From an uncultured virus (IMG/VR IMGVR_UViG_3300029705_003235) (lineage: Duplodnaviria; Heunggongvirae; Uroviricota; Caudoviricetes), in IMG/VR virus record IMGVR_UViG_3300029705_003235: a DNA stretch of 20,000 nucleotides, one strand, 5' to 3'. Under the pieces are notes generated by a model, which was not told the origin of the DNA, searched no databases, and worked only from the letters and a program-made list of their open reading frames with translations. The translations under genes and the position numbers were made by a program. Positions 1 to 8,056 of the stretch are shown here, one piece after another. Each line of letters begins with the position of its first letter. Position 1 is the first letter of the stretch.

Positions 1-1673
1 TTAAGCTCCGATATTTCAAGAATCCAATATCCCTGTAATTTTTCAGGAGCAGTCTTATCCTTCATATCGGCTATAGACAAAGAGTCAGAGAACCACTGCT
101 TTCCGAGCTTTGCAAAAAGAGTGGATTTTCCGATGCCTTGCTTGCCACCAATAACGAGGATGGTATCAAACTTTATGCCCGGTTCAAAAATTCTCGCAAC
201 AGCTGCTACGAGTGTCTTTCTTGTTACAGCACGAACATACTCCGTATCATCAGCACCGAGGTAATCAATAAGAAGTGTATCTAATCTTTCAATTCCATCC
301 CATTTCAGATCTGATAAATATTCTTTTACAGGATGGTAAAGGCGGTCAGCTGAAGCTACGGCAAGGAGAGCATCCTTGAACTTGGTAGGTGACCATATTC
401 CATAGATGCGTTCAAAATACATCTTTGCACAAGCAAGGTCGGTATCGCTCCAACCCGGCTTTACCTGATTCCAAGGCAGAGTGCCAACAACATCAATCAT
501 ATTTTTAAATTGATTAAACACGATGCATTTGAGGTTTTCATCGTTACGGATAATGGTACAAATGTTGGTCATGGTGTCTTTGATGTTCCCGGCTTTGTCA
601 AGTTCCAAAGTGGTCTGCCAGTCATCTGTGGCAAAGTCATCCGAAGCCTGTGCCATTCGCTCTTCAGCAAAAACTGCACGGACAGCATCGTCTTTAAGAG
701 CTAAATCGCACATTGCTTTATATGAGGGGAGCTTGGATGGCGGTGTATTTCTGTCGCACTTATCATCAAGGTCATGAAACTTATGAAGGCGTACCAAGTC
801 GAAGGCATTCAGCAGATGTCCGCACACGGGGTCAGTCGCATGGTGGCTATATGCAAACTTTCCGTCATACACAACTACACCTGCGGAAGAGTCTGCCGGG
901 ATATAATCAAAGCGACCATTCATTGCACTTGGTGCATAAACTTCTGACAGAAACTTTTCAATTGCATCCTCAATGGTGTATGCACGGCAAAATGCTCCTA
1001 CAACACCCGGTTTTGTCAGGGGGTCAGCTTGTGCAGATACATTTCTGCTTACAACTTCCGACTGCCTTGAGGATACCGGGTAAGTGGATACATCCTTCCA
1101 ATCGTCATACTTGGCAAGATACACATCAGGGTCAAGGTCATCTCCTCGCTTCACATCGTGGAAGAACTCTCCGTTGATGGAGGTTGACGGAAAATACATA
1201 AGTCTGCAAGGCTCATATGTAGTGTCATCGAACATATCAATGCCGATTTCCTTTGCGACCATTCTTGCGACCGCTGGGTATTCCTCTTCGGAAATATCAC
1301 GGGAAAGCGGAATAAGCAATCGCAGTCTCGGATTCTCTTTGGTGTGTTTATGCGTGGTATATACGCAGCATCTGAAATCATATAGCATCTTGATGCTTTC
1401 CCAAATATCAGGGGTTGCATAGTCCATATCAAGGGTCAACATACTGCGGCAGAGTACATTCCCGTTCTTTCGTCTGCCTTCACGAAGATGACCGCCAACG
1501 AAGCCACCGACATCCTTGATGTTATCCTGCTGACCTTTTTTCATTTTTCTGTATTCTTCAACGGTCTCGGTAGTGCGTTTGGTGTAGCTCACAACCTCAC
1601 ACAATTCCTCCCAAGACATCTCTTTGTTTTTCCACCGCTTATCCATACGGCTATTACCAAATGCTATCTTCAT
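1..1673 (-). CDS. VirE (virulence-associated E) family primase-helicase, 3' end outside the window
   Basis: Absent from the ORF track because it runs off the edge. ATG at 1673 overlaps the upstream stop (ATGA). Reads MKIAFGNSRMDKRWKNKEMSWEEL...; primase-like LTLDMD and YTTHKH motifs; Walker A ILVIGGKQGIGKST (~120-160); Walker B-like WILEISEL at the window edge. Confidence 0.88.
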   Translation of the reverse strand, partial: MKIAFGNSRMDKRWKNKEMSWEELCEVVSYTKRTTETVEEYRKMKKGQQDNIKDVGGFVGGHLREGRRKNGNVLCRSMLTLDMDYATPDIWESIKMLYDFRCCVYTTHKHTKENPRLRLLIPLSRDISEEEYPAVARMVAKEIGIDMFDDTTYEPCRLMYFPSTSINGEFFHDVKRGDDLDPDVYLAKYDDWKDVSTYPVSSRQSEVVSRNVSAQADPLTKPGVVGAFCRAYTIEDAIEKFLSEVYAPSAMNGRFDYIPADSSAGVVVYDGKFAYSHHATDPVCGHLLNAFDLVRLHKFHDLDDKCDRNTPPSKLPSYKAMCDLALKDDAVRAVFAEERMAQASDDFATDDWQTTLELDKAGNIKDTMTNICTIIRNDENLKCIVFNQFKNMIDVVGTLPWNQVKPGWSDTDLACAKMYFERIYGIWSPTKFKDALLAVASADRLYHPVKEYLSDLKWDGIERLDTLLIDYLGADDTEYVRAVTRKTLVAAVARIFEPGIKFDTILVIGGKQGIGKSTLFAKLGKQWFSDSLSIADMKDKTAPEKLQGYWILEISEL

Positions 1674-2092
1674 TTTTTGACCTCCTTACAAGCCTCGGTG
1701 AAATACCTGATAGGCTGTCCTTTCTTTTTTGCCTTTGCTATCTCAATTCCCATGCCGTTTGATATCTTCTTACCGAACACCCAAAGTTCGGCACATTTCG
1801 ACAAGAGAACAATATCCATAAATATTGCAAGGTTTCTTTCTTTTGGGTTTTCATCCGACAGAAATTGTGGGAAGAACAGATGCGGTGCTATGGGAATGCA
1901 CCCTTTGTCAACTGCAAACTTACAATACTTTCTTGCTTTTTCAATGTTTGTTTTTGTATCCCCGGAAAACGGAGAACATATATAAACGATTGGTCGGAAG
2001 GCTGACTTCTTTGCTTCCGCTTCAATCCGTGTTAATGCTTCATATGCTGTCGGGTCATAGTAGCGTTCTGAATTGTATAAATTAACACTCAT
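1670..2092 (-). CDS. DUF4406-like / nucleoside 2-deoxyribosyltransferase-fold phage protein
   Basis: Motifs VYICSPFSG, PIAPHL, LLSKCAELWVFG, SNGMGIEI. Start moved to ATG 2092 (MSVNLYN), just after the PolA stop, to avoid overlap. Confidence 0.7.
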   Translation of the reverse strand: MSVNLYNSERYYDPTAYEALTRIEAEAKKSAFRPIVYICSPFSGDTKTNIEKARKYCKFAVDKGCIPIAPHLFFPQFLSDENPKERNLAIFMDIVLLSKCAELWVFGKKISNGMGIEIAKAKKKGQPIRYFTEACKEVKK

Positions 2093-2096
2093 ACCT

Positions 2097-4025
2097 TTAA
2101 TCCTTTCTGTAAAAATCACAGACATATCCATCGGCACGGAGGATGAGACCCTCTGCCCATGATGGAGTTTGTCCCATTACCCGACATATATCGTCAAGCG
2201 AAGTTTCGGGCGCTGCTTCGATAACAGCTTCATCGTGTATGTGCATAACAATGTCAAAGCCGGAATCATTCAATCGGAGCATTGCTTCCGCAAGAATGTC
2301 ACGAGCCGTTGCTTGGACAATATTCTCGACAAATTTCGCTCCATAACTTTCGAGTCGTTCCCATTTCTTTGTGCCGCCGACACCTTCGTAGGTCACGGAC
2401 TCACCACCAAAGCGGTTCTCGCCAATCCTCGGTTTTACATAAGCAAGCCGTCTGCCGGAAGGGAGAGTAATAAAGAGTATTCCGCTTTGCAATGAAAAGC
2501 CGATGCCGTGTGTTTTTGTTGCTTGTTTGGTTTTGATGCATTCTTTGACTGCATTGTCCACTGCATACCAGAACTGCACAATTCTTGTATTTGCTTGCCT
2601 CCAAGCATCCACAAGTGGCTGAAGCTCCGATTCCTCAATGCCCATTTGCAATGCACCCATTGCTTTCAATGCACCGACCGAACCGCCATACCCAAGTGCC
2701 AATTCAGCGATTTTTCCTTTTTGTCGGAGGTGTCCGTTTACACCATTTTTCTCAACTGGTACATGAAACATCTGCGATGCGGATGCACAATAAATGTCAC
2801 CACCATTTTCAAACACACCTTGTCTCCATTGCTCTCCTGCAAGCCACGCAATGACACGAGCCTCAATTGCTGCGAAGTCAGCAACATAGAATCGGCACCC
2901 CGGTTTTGGAACGAATGCTGTTCTTATAAGCTCCGAAAGTACAAACGGCACAAAATCATAGAGCATCTCAACATCTTTATAAAATCCCTTTTTGACAAGG
3001 GTGCGAGCTTGCTCCAAGTCAGGCAGATGATTCTGTGGAAGGTTCTGAACTTGAATGAGTCTTCCGGCATATCTGCCAGTGCGGTTTGCACCATAAAATT
3101 GTATAAGACCTCTGGCACGACCATCTGAACCGACAGCATTTTCCATTGCTGTATATTTCTTAACACTGCTTTTTGCCAGTTGCTTCCGTAGATTAAGCAT
3201 TTCAGCAACCTCATCGGTTGCTTCCGAAAGCAACTCTTCCACGGCATCTTTACTCAAAGTTTCCGTTTCCACTCCTTGTTCGGACAACCATTCCTTCAGC
3301 TGAACCGTGGAGTTCGGATTTTCAAGTCCCGTAATCTCACGAGCCGTTTGGAGGTTAGATTCACGCATTTCGGTATCGCATTTTATTGCAGAAGCTACCA
3401 ATTTCAAATCAAGCATGATTCCTCGGTCATTAATTTCTTGGTCGAGGATGTAATTCTGCCATTCGGTATCCGATACAGGAAATTTTGAAAGCCTCTGCTG
3501 AATAGACATCTCAACCTCAACATCTCGAATGTTGTATTGCTTGAAGCTCTCCCAACGGTCCGGGGCATCTTGGGGAAAGTGTCTTATTTGTGTACCATCA
3601 CGGAGCTTTCCGGGAGTACAAAAATAACGGATGAGTTCTTTCCCTTCTGTGAGCTTTTGCTTTTCAAGCCCAAGAACCGCTCCGACACCTTCAAGTGAAA
3701 GTGGAAGTCCGAGAGTTGCTGCCCAGACCATAGTGCATCGCCATGCTTTGGCGGTCATATGTTTACCGATATATTTTGAAAGGCATATGCGTTCAAACTG
3801 TGCATTAAATGCCCACTTTATTACAGAATCATCTGTTAACGCATTAAGCACATCGGAAGGGATAGATTCTCCCAATGCCAAGTCAACAACCTCAACCTTA
3901 CCGCCATCTATGGAATAAGCAAAAAGGAGTATTTCAAAATCTTTTGATTCGCTATACTTGTATACTCCAGATTTGGTAAGGTTCACAGAGGAGTATGTCT
4001 CAATATCAATGCTTATCGTTTTCAT
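2097..4025 (-). CDS. Phage-type family A DNA polymerase with 3'-5' exonuclease domain (no 5'-3' exonuclease)
   Basis: ExoI SIDIET, ExoII AFNAQFE, ExoIII YNIRDV; motif A VADFAAIEARV, motif B RQKGKIAELALGYG, motif C MHIHDE; SD GAAAGGAG upstream. Confidence 0.93.
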   Translation of the reverse strand: MKTISIDIETYSSVNLTKSGVYKYSESKDFEILLFAYSIDGGKVEVVDLALGESIPSDVLNALTDDSVIKWAFNAQFERICLSKYIGKHMTAKAWRCTMVWAATLGLPLSLEGVGAVLGLEKQKLTEGKELIRYFCTPGKLRDGTQIRHFPQDAPDRWESFKQYNIRDVEVEMSIQQRLSKFPVSDTEWQNYILDQEINDRGIMLDLKLVASAIKCDTEMRESNLQTAREITGLENPNSTVQLKEWLSEQGVETETLSKDAVEELLSEATDEVAEMLNLRKQLAKSSVKKYTAMENAVGSDGRARGLIQFYGANRTGRYAGRLIQVQNLPQNHLPDLEQARTLVKKGFYKDVEMLYDFVPFVLSELIRTAFVPKPGCRFYVADFAAIEARVIAWLAGEQWRQGVFENGGDIYCASASQMFHVPVEKNGVNGHLRQKGKIAELALGYGGSVGALKAMGALQMGIEESELQPLVDAWRQANTRIVQFWYAVDNAVKECIKTKQATKTHGIGFSLQSGILFITLPSGRRLAYVKPRIGENRFGGESVTYEGVGGTKKWERLESYGAKFVENIVQATARDILAEAMLRLNDSGFDIVMHIHDEAVIEAAPETSLDDICRVMGQTPSWAEGLILRADGYVCDFYRKD

Positions 4026-4045
4026 AGTTACTCCTTTCTGCTATA

Positions 4046-4068
4046 GGGGACAGAGTGGCTCTGTCCCC
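4046..4068. other. GC-rich intergenic hairpin between the SSB-like gene and the polymerase gene
   Basis: GGGGACAGAG-TGG-CTCTGTCCCC, perfect 10-bp stem, no U-tract on the coding (minus) strand. Confidence 0.7.
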
Positions 4069-4079
4069 ATATATGTTAA

Positions 4080-4625
4080 TTAGTCAAGAAAATCCTCATC
4101 ATCAAGGGTTGTGAAGTCATCTGCTGCATTGGTTCTGCCACCGAGTGGTTCACCGTCTCTTACTTTTTGAATGTTTCCAAGACCGCAGGCGATACCTTTG
4201 TTACCATTTGAGTTGAATGCATAGAAGGTAATGGACACTCTTGCATACACACCGCTATACACCTCATTGCGGTCAAGTATAGGCTGAACCTTTGCATCTA
4301 CAATCTGCGGAGCCGTTGTGCTGTTTGCATTTACAAAGAAACTATCCTTATATGCTTCATCGTCACGCTCAACATCCCCGTCACGGAGAGGAAGCTTAAG
4401 AGCTGCCTTGTTGGGAATCTTGCCACCGAACTTTGAAGCACCTTCTTTGATTGCATTGTCGATTGCCGCTTCAATCTGTGAAATCGTCTTTTTATCCGAC
4501 TTGGGGATAATCAGCGAAACAGAGTATTTTTCTGCACCGCCATTTATTGATTTCGGTTCCCACACATTTGCATATGAAAGTCTTACTACGCCTGTAACTA
4601 CTTTTGTGTTATTCTGATTTGTCAT
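4080..4625 (-). CDS. DUF2815 family phage ssDNA-binding protein (T7 gp2.5-like)
   Basis: VRLSYANVWEP, KYSVSLIIPK, LPLRDGD, YSGVYAR, GIACGLGNIQKVRDGEPLGG, acidic tail DDEDFLD; GGAGG SD 10 nt before ATG 4625. Confidence 0.88.
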   Translation of the reverse strand: MTNQNNTKVVTGVVRLSYANVWEPKSINGGAEKYSVSLIIPKSDKKTISQIEAAIDNAIKEGASKFGGKIPNKAALKLPLRDGDVERDDEAYKDSFFVNANSTTAPQIVDAKVQPILDRNEVYSGVYARVSITFYAFNSNGNKGIACGLGNIQKVRDGEPLGGRTNAADDFTTLDDEDFLD

Positions 4626-4630
4626 GATTA

Positions 4631-5773
4631 TCAATCCTCCGTAATTTCATTAAATTCATCATTTACATTTGATTTTGTGATTGCCTGTCTTTTGTCACTC
4701 GCAGGCACGAGTGTTGGTTTTCCCGGTGGCTTATATACAAGACCTCCGAGGATTTCAGCAAAGCCTTTTTTACCCATGAGCTTTTCCATTTCAGTTATGG
4801 TGATAAGGCTTTGTTTGAAGATGTCAGTGTATCCGGCAGCCTTCGCTGCTTCAGCAACTGCATCTTCATCTGTGTACTTGCGATTCGAGCGACCTTCGAC
4901 CACCTTAAATCCACGCCATTCTTTGCCGTGGTTCAGAGCAGCATCCTGTGCATAAGCGGTGATTTCATTAGCCCACTTTGTAAGGTCATCAAGTTTTCCA
5001 AGAATGTCCTCAATTTCATCGTCTGTCAACAGTGGCGGAGCTTTGAATTCATACTTTGCAAGCCTTAACTTTTCTTCAGCTCTTGCTCTGCACTTAACAG
5101 CTGCTTTGCAGAATGTACACCACGAACCGGGACAATATTCACCTTCGCCTTTATATGCTTTTTCAGCTTTGGGGATGAGGGTGTTTTCCGTCCATTCTCG
5201 AAGCTCTGAAACAGGAATCGTCCAAGTGCTTATGTTTTCACGACGTGGTTGATATATGGTCATGGAAATTTGTTCGATGTCATAAAGACCATCATAGATT
5301 TCCAATGCACCAAGTGCATAAAGCATCATCTGCGGATTGTGTTCTGCTTCCACAAGCACACCTTGACCATATTTGAAATCTATAATATGTAGTGTGCTGT
5401 CGGAAATAATGATGCAGTCACCAGTTCCGAAGCCATCAGGTACAAATCGTGAAAAATCGAGTTTTTGCTCAATAAGTATAATTGGGTCTGTGCATACATT
5501 TTTTGCTTCTTCCAAAGTCTCAAGGACAAAAACTACATACCCGTCAGTATGCTCATCCATCTCATCGGAGTCATACTGTGATGTAGGTTTCCGGGAACGC
5601 ATTTTCAGTGCCTTGCGAAGTTTGTGTTCACAAAGAGCATGAGCAGCAGTTCCTTCCGCTGCAGCATCGGTTTCCTTGTTCTCAAATTCAAGTTCAAGTC
5701 TTGCCGATGGGTTACAGTTAAGCCAACGGTGAGAAGATGATGCAGATAAGACAGCGTGTTTCTTTTCAGCCAT
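4631..5773 (-). CDS. DUF2800 family Cas4-like PD-(D/E)XK nuclease
   Basis: HAVLSASSSHRWLNC, GTAAH, FGTGDC, IIDFKYG, QMMLYALG and C-terminal WCTFC...KC cluster (Fe-S-type cysteines). Confidence 0.88.
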   Translation of the reverse strand: MAEKKHAVLSASSSHRWLNCNPSARLELEFENKETDAAAEGTAAHALCEHKLRKALKMRSRKPTSQYDSDEMDEHTDGYVVFVLETLEEAKNVCTDPIILIEQKLDFSRFVPDGFGTGDCIIISDSTLHIIDFKYGQGVLVEAEHNPQMMLYALGALEIYDGLYDIEQISMTIYQPRRENISTWTIPVSELREWTENTLIPKAEKAYKGEGEYCPGSWCTFCKAAVKCRARAEEKLRLAKYEFKAPPLLTDDEIEDILGKLDDLTKWANEITAYAQDAALNHGKEWRGFKVVEGRSNRKYTDEDAVAEAAKAAGYTDIFKQSLITITEMEKLMGKKGFAEILGGLVYKPPGKPTLVPASDKRQAITKSNVNDEFNEITED

Positions 5774-6100
5774 TTATAACACCTCCGCATCGGCAAGCAA
5801 TGCCGGATAATCTTTTGGGTCAATCTCGCTTAACTTGGAATGACCATACTTTTGCAAAAGCTCTCGAATTTCTGCACCGTGTCCGTTTGCACTTTTTGTA
5901 GATAAGACACTTCGGACATCTTCAAGTGTGAGCTTCGGCTCATCGTGTACTTCCTGCGTAGGTTCAAGATCAGGAGCTTGGGGTTCGGTTTCTTCTGATA
6001 CCGTGTTAGTGTCGCACATCGCATCAGCCACCGCTTCCAAACTATCTGCCAATGAACGCATTCCCGATACAACATCGAGTAGGAGCTTAACTTTACTCAT
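5774..6100 (-). CDS. Conserved phage hypothetical protein (family often mislabelled 'rRNA biogenesis protein Rrp5')
   Basis: TLEDVRSVL...KS..GH..EIRELLQKYG..KLSEIDP.DY.ALL pattern; sits directly upstream of DUF2800; GGAGGTG SD. Confidence 0.7.
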   Translation of the reverse strand: MSKVKLLLDVVSGMRSLADSLEAVADAMCDTNTVSEETEPQAPDLEPTQEVHDEPKLTLEDVRSVLSTKSANGHGAEIRELLQKYGHSKLSEIDPKDYPALLADAEVL

Positions 6101-6291
6101 ACATTTTCACCTCCTGACACTTCATTGATTGACAGTGATTGAACACTATCTCCGGGAACAACAATTGTCAGCTTTGTCGGACTGCCGAGCAGAAACCTTA
6201 ATAACCGTTCCCTTACCGAAATACTGCGACAACTAACGATGCCACTGTTTTTCGGTTTCTTTGAAACACTGATTTGTAAGTTGTGCTTCAT
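6097..6291 (-). CDS. Small phage hypothetical protein
   Basis: 64-aa ORF with AAGGAG SD; stop overlaps the next start (ATGA). Confidence 0.7.
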   Translation of the reverse strand: MKHNLQISVSKKPKNSGIVSCRSISVRERLLRFLLGSPTKLTIVVPGDSVQSLSINEVSGGENV

Positions 6292-6346
6292 GTTTCTCCT
6301 TCTTTCCGAAAGGCTGATTTTGTTGTGCCTTTCACCCTACGGAGAT

Positions 6347-6754
6347 TTATTGGCTGTTTTGGGGAGGTGTTTTCAAAATTTTTTTTATTTTTTTTCTTGC
6401 TGCATCAATTGAATAGCAAACTGCCTTGTGGTCTTTGTTTTCTCTTCGAGCAATTTCTCGTATAGATAAACCACTCGCAAGCATTAGTAATCGTCTTTGC
6501 TGTACTTCAGTAAGTTCACTTAAAGCTTCATATAAGGATTCATTTTCAAGTCCCTGAAAATATATACTTTCCGGGGTGTCCGGGTCTGCGTAGTCTAAAC
6601 CTTCCCAAGCTGCATCGGAAGAGTAACAATGATACCTCTCTTTACGAGCAAGGTTCTCTTCTATTCTTCTGGAATCCAAAATCCATGTGCCGATATTTTC
6701 ATCAACTTCGATTTCCGTTTTTTCACCATTAACAAATTCATACTTAATTTTCAT
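6347..6754 (-). CDS. Sigma-70 region-4-like factor (phage/ICE transcription activator)
   Basis: C-terminal LYEALSELTEVQQRRL...GLSIREIARRE...AVCYSIDAARKKIKKIL HTH; GAAAGGAG SD. Confidence 0.8.
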   Translation of the reverse strand: MKIKYEFVNGEKTEIEVDENIGTWILDSRRIEENLARKERYHCYSSDAAWEGLDYADPDTPESIYFQGLENESLYEALSELTEVQQRRLLMLASGLSIREIARRENKDHKAVCYSIDAARKKIKKILKTPPQNSQ

Positions 6755-6759
6755 AAATA

Positions 6760-6885
6760 GGCTCCTTTCAGATTTTGAAATCCGTCCAGAGCCGCTTCAT
6801 CCACCAAACAGAAAAAGACGACAGAGAAGACCGACTTCCCGTGGGGAAAGTACAGTCCGCACTGCCGTCTTGCGTTCTGGCGGAT
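6760..6885 (-). promoter_or_regulatory. Structured cis-regulatory RNA leader of the sigma-like gene
   Basis: Nested stems on the minus strand (AUCCGCCAGA/UUUGGUGGAU; AAGACGGCAG/CUGUCGUCUU; GGACUG/CGGUCU; ACUUUCC/GGGAAGU), followed by a hairpin pairing GGCUC with the SD-overlapping GAGCC. Confidence 0.65.
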
Positions 6886-6896
6886 TACTTAATTAC

Positions 6897-7049
6897 TTAT
6901 GCTACTTTTTTTATGTGTTCAATTTTCAGTGAACCATCTGGGTTCGCTGTTATTCGGGTTAAGCAGTCTTTGTTTACAATTTCCACGACCCTTCGGTCTG
7001 GACTTATATCGCAGACACGCTTCCCATTGAGGTTGCGTATTTCAGCCAT
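6897..7049 (-). CDS. Small 50-aa hypothetical protein, first gene of the leftward operon (not in the ORF track)
   Basis: MAEIRNLNGKRVCDISPDRRVVEIVNKDCLTRITANPDGSLKIEHIKKVA*; strong SD GAAAGGAGGT upstream of the ATG. Confidence 0.75.
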   Translation of the reverse strand: MAEIRNLNGKRVCDISPDRRVVEIVNKDCLTRITANPDGSLKIEHIKKVA

Positions 7050-7093
7050 GAGATGACCTCCTTTCAATATTTTTTTTGTTTTCCTCTATTAAA

Positions 7094-7135
7094 ATTATAA
7101 AAGATGTGGTATAATATATTCAAATATTGAATATA
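7094..7135. promoter_or_regulatory. Overlapping divergent promoters with a palindromic operator
   Basis: Plus strand: extended -10 TGGTATAAT (7107-7115). Minus strand: TTGAAT (7123-7118), 18 nt, TATAAT (7099-7094). Inverted repeat TATATTCAA-ATA-TTGAATATA at 7115-7135. Confidence 0.6.
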
Positions 7136-7176
7136 CATACTTTTTACGAATATTTATCAATGGGAGGAATATAAAT

Positions 7177-7806
7177 ATGATAAATCTGAATACTGATATG
7201 TTAAAAGAGAATATTGCTATGCTTATGAAGCAAAATGGTACTACACAACAAACACTTGCTACAGCAATAGGGATGTCGCAGGCAAATTTAAGTAAGGCAC
7301 TTAACCCCAACGAAAAGAAGTGTTTTACTGTAGAACAGCTTTTCAACATTGCTCAATATTATAATGTTTCAATTGATGAGCTTGTCGACAACCATGCAGC
7401 AGAAAGAGCTACTACAAACCCTTTATTTGTATTCAATTATCTTTCACATCTTCTTCGTGAACGCTGCATAAAAACTACAACTGTTGAGCTTGAAGAATGT
7501 GTATATACTCAATTTCATAATAGTCAGGGATTTCCAGATGGTCGAATCGATACAATCCCCGTTGAGTACACCGCTTTTTATTTCCCTGATTATTTAAACC
7601 CTGCCGAACTTACAGATAACGACCAAGATTTTAGTGAGATGTCAACTGAATTCTATTATAGTGGCAATAGGTCGGAGTTTTATCACATGAACGAGATTCT
7701 TAAAAAGTTCATTCCCGTTATACAACTTCATCTACAAAAGCAAATCAAGGATGATGCTTTTGAAATTATCCTAAAAGGATATCAAAAGGAATTTGAGAAA
7801 GAATAA
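7177..7806 (+). CDS. XRE-family HTH transcriptional regulator with uncharacterised C-terminal domain (candidate repressor)
   Basis: N-terminal TQQTLATAIGMSQANLSKAL...IAQYYNVSIDELV; GGGAGG SD; divergent from the replication operon. Confidence 0.85.
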   Translation: MINLNTDMLKENIAMLMKQNGTTQQTLATAIGMSQANLSKALNPNEKKCFTVEQLFNIAQYYNVSIDELVDNHAAERATTNPLFVFNYLSHLLRERCIKTTTVELEECVYTQFHNSQGFPDGRIDTIPVEYTAFYFPDYLNPAELTDNDQDFSEMSTEFYYSGNRSEFYHMNEILKKFIPVIQLHLQKQIKDDAFEIILKGYQKEFEKE

Positions 7807-7850
7807 AAATAGCCGGAGTAAAGCATTGAATTGCTCTACTCCGGCTATTT
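7807..7850. terminator. Intrinsic terminator between convergent genes, probably bidirectional
   Basis: AAATAGCCGGAGTA...TACTCCGGCTATTT, 14-bp perfect outer stem with inner AGCA/TGCT; the longer U-run is on the minus strand. Confidence 0.8.
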
Positions 7851-7886
7851 GGTCACTCGTTTATAAGCGGTGCCGTTGCTCGGTAG

Positions 7887-8045
7887 TTAGATTCTATTAT
7901 CAACCGATATATTAACAATATTTTTACAGTGGGGGCATTTGAGTTGAACCTCAACACTTCCTTGCGGAGCACTCTGAACATCAAAGACCCTTTTCTTACA
8001 GTTCGGACATTTTACCATTTTTGCAGTTTTAACTGGTTTGCTCAA
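7887..8045 (-). CDS. Small zinc-ribbon protein, Mu Com-like (not in the ORF track)
   Basis: TTG start with GGAGG SD (8053-8057): MSKPVKTAKMVKCPNCKKRVFDVQSAPQGSVEVQLKCPHCKNIVNISVDNRI* (52 aa, two CPxC motifs). Confidence 0.75.
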   Translation of the reverse strand: MSKPVKTAKMVKCPNCKKRVFDVQSAPQGSVEVQLKCPHCKNIVNISVDNRI

Positions 8046-8056
8046 ATTGTTACCTC

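Noticed and set aside
4631..5773. Cas4-like nuclease as a sign of CRISPR-Cas
   Set aside because: No repeat-spacer array or other cas gene in the window; the context is a standard phage DUF2800-DUF2815-PolA module.
5774..6100. 'rRNA biogenesis protein Rrp5' function
   Set aside because: A 108-aa phage protein with no S1 repeats; the label is an annotation artefact.
510..6128. Many plus-strand ORFs and alternate-frame minus-strand ORFs in the track
   Set aside because: They overlap well-supported minus-strand genes, lack recognisable motifs and look like shadow ORFs.
6687..7056. Plus-strand ORFs 6687-6932 and 6775-7056
   Set aside because: Antisense to the sigma-like gene, the structured leader and the 50-aa ORF, which has a much better SD.
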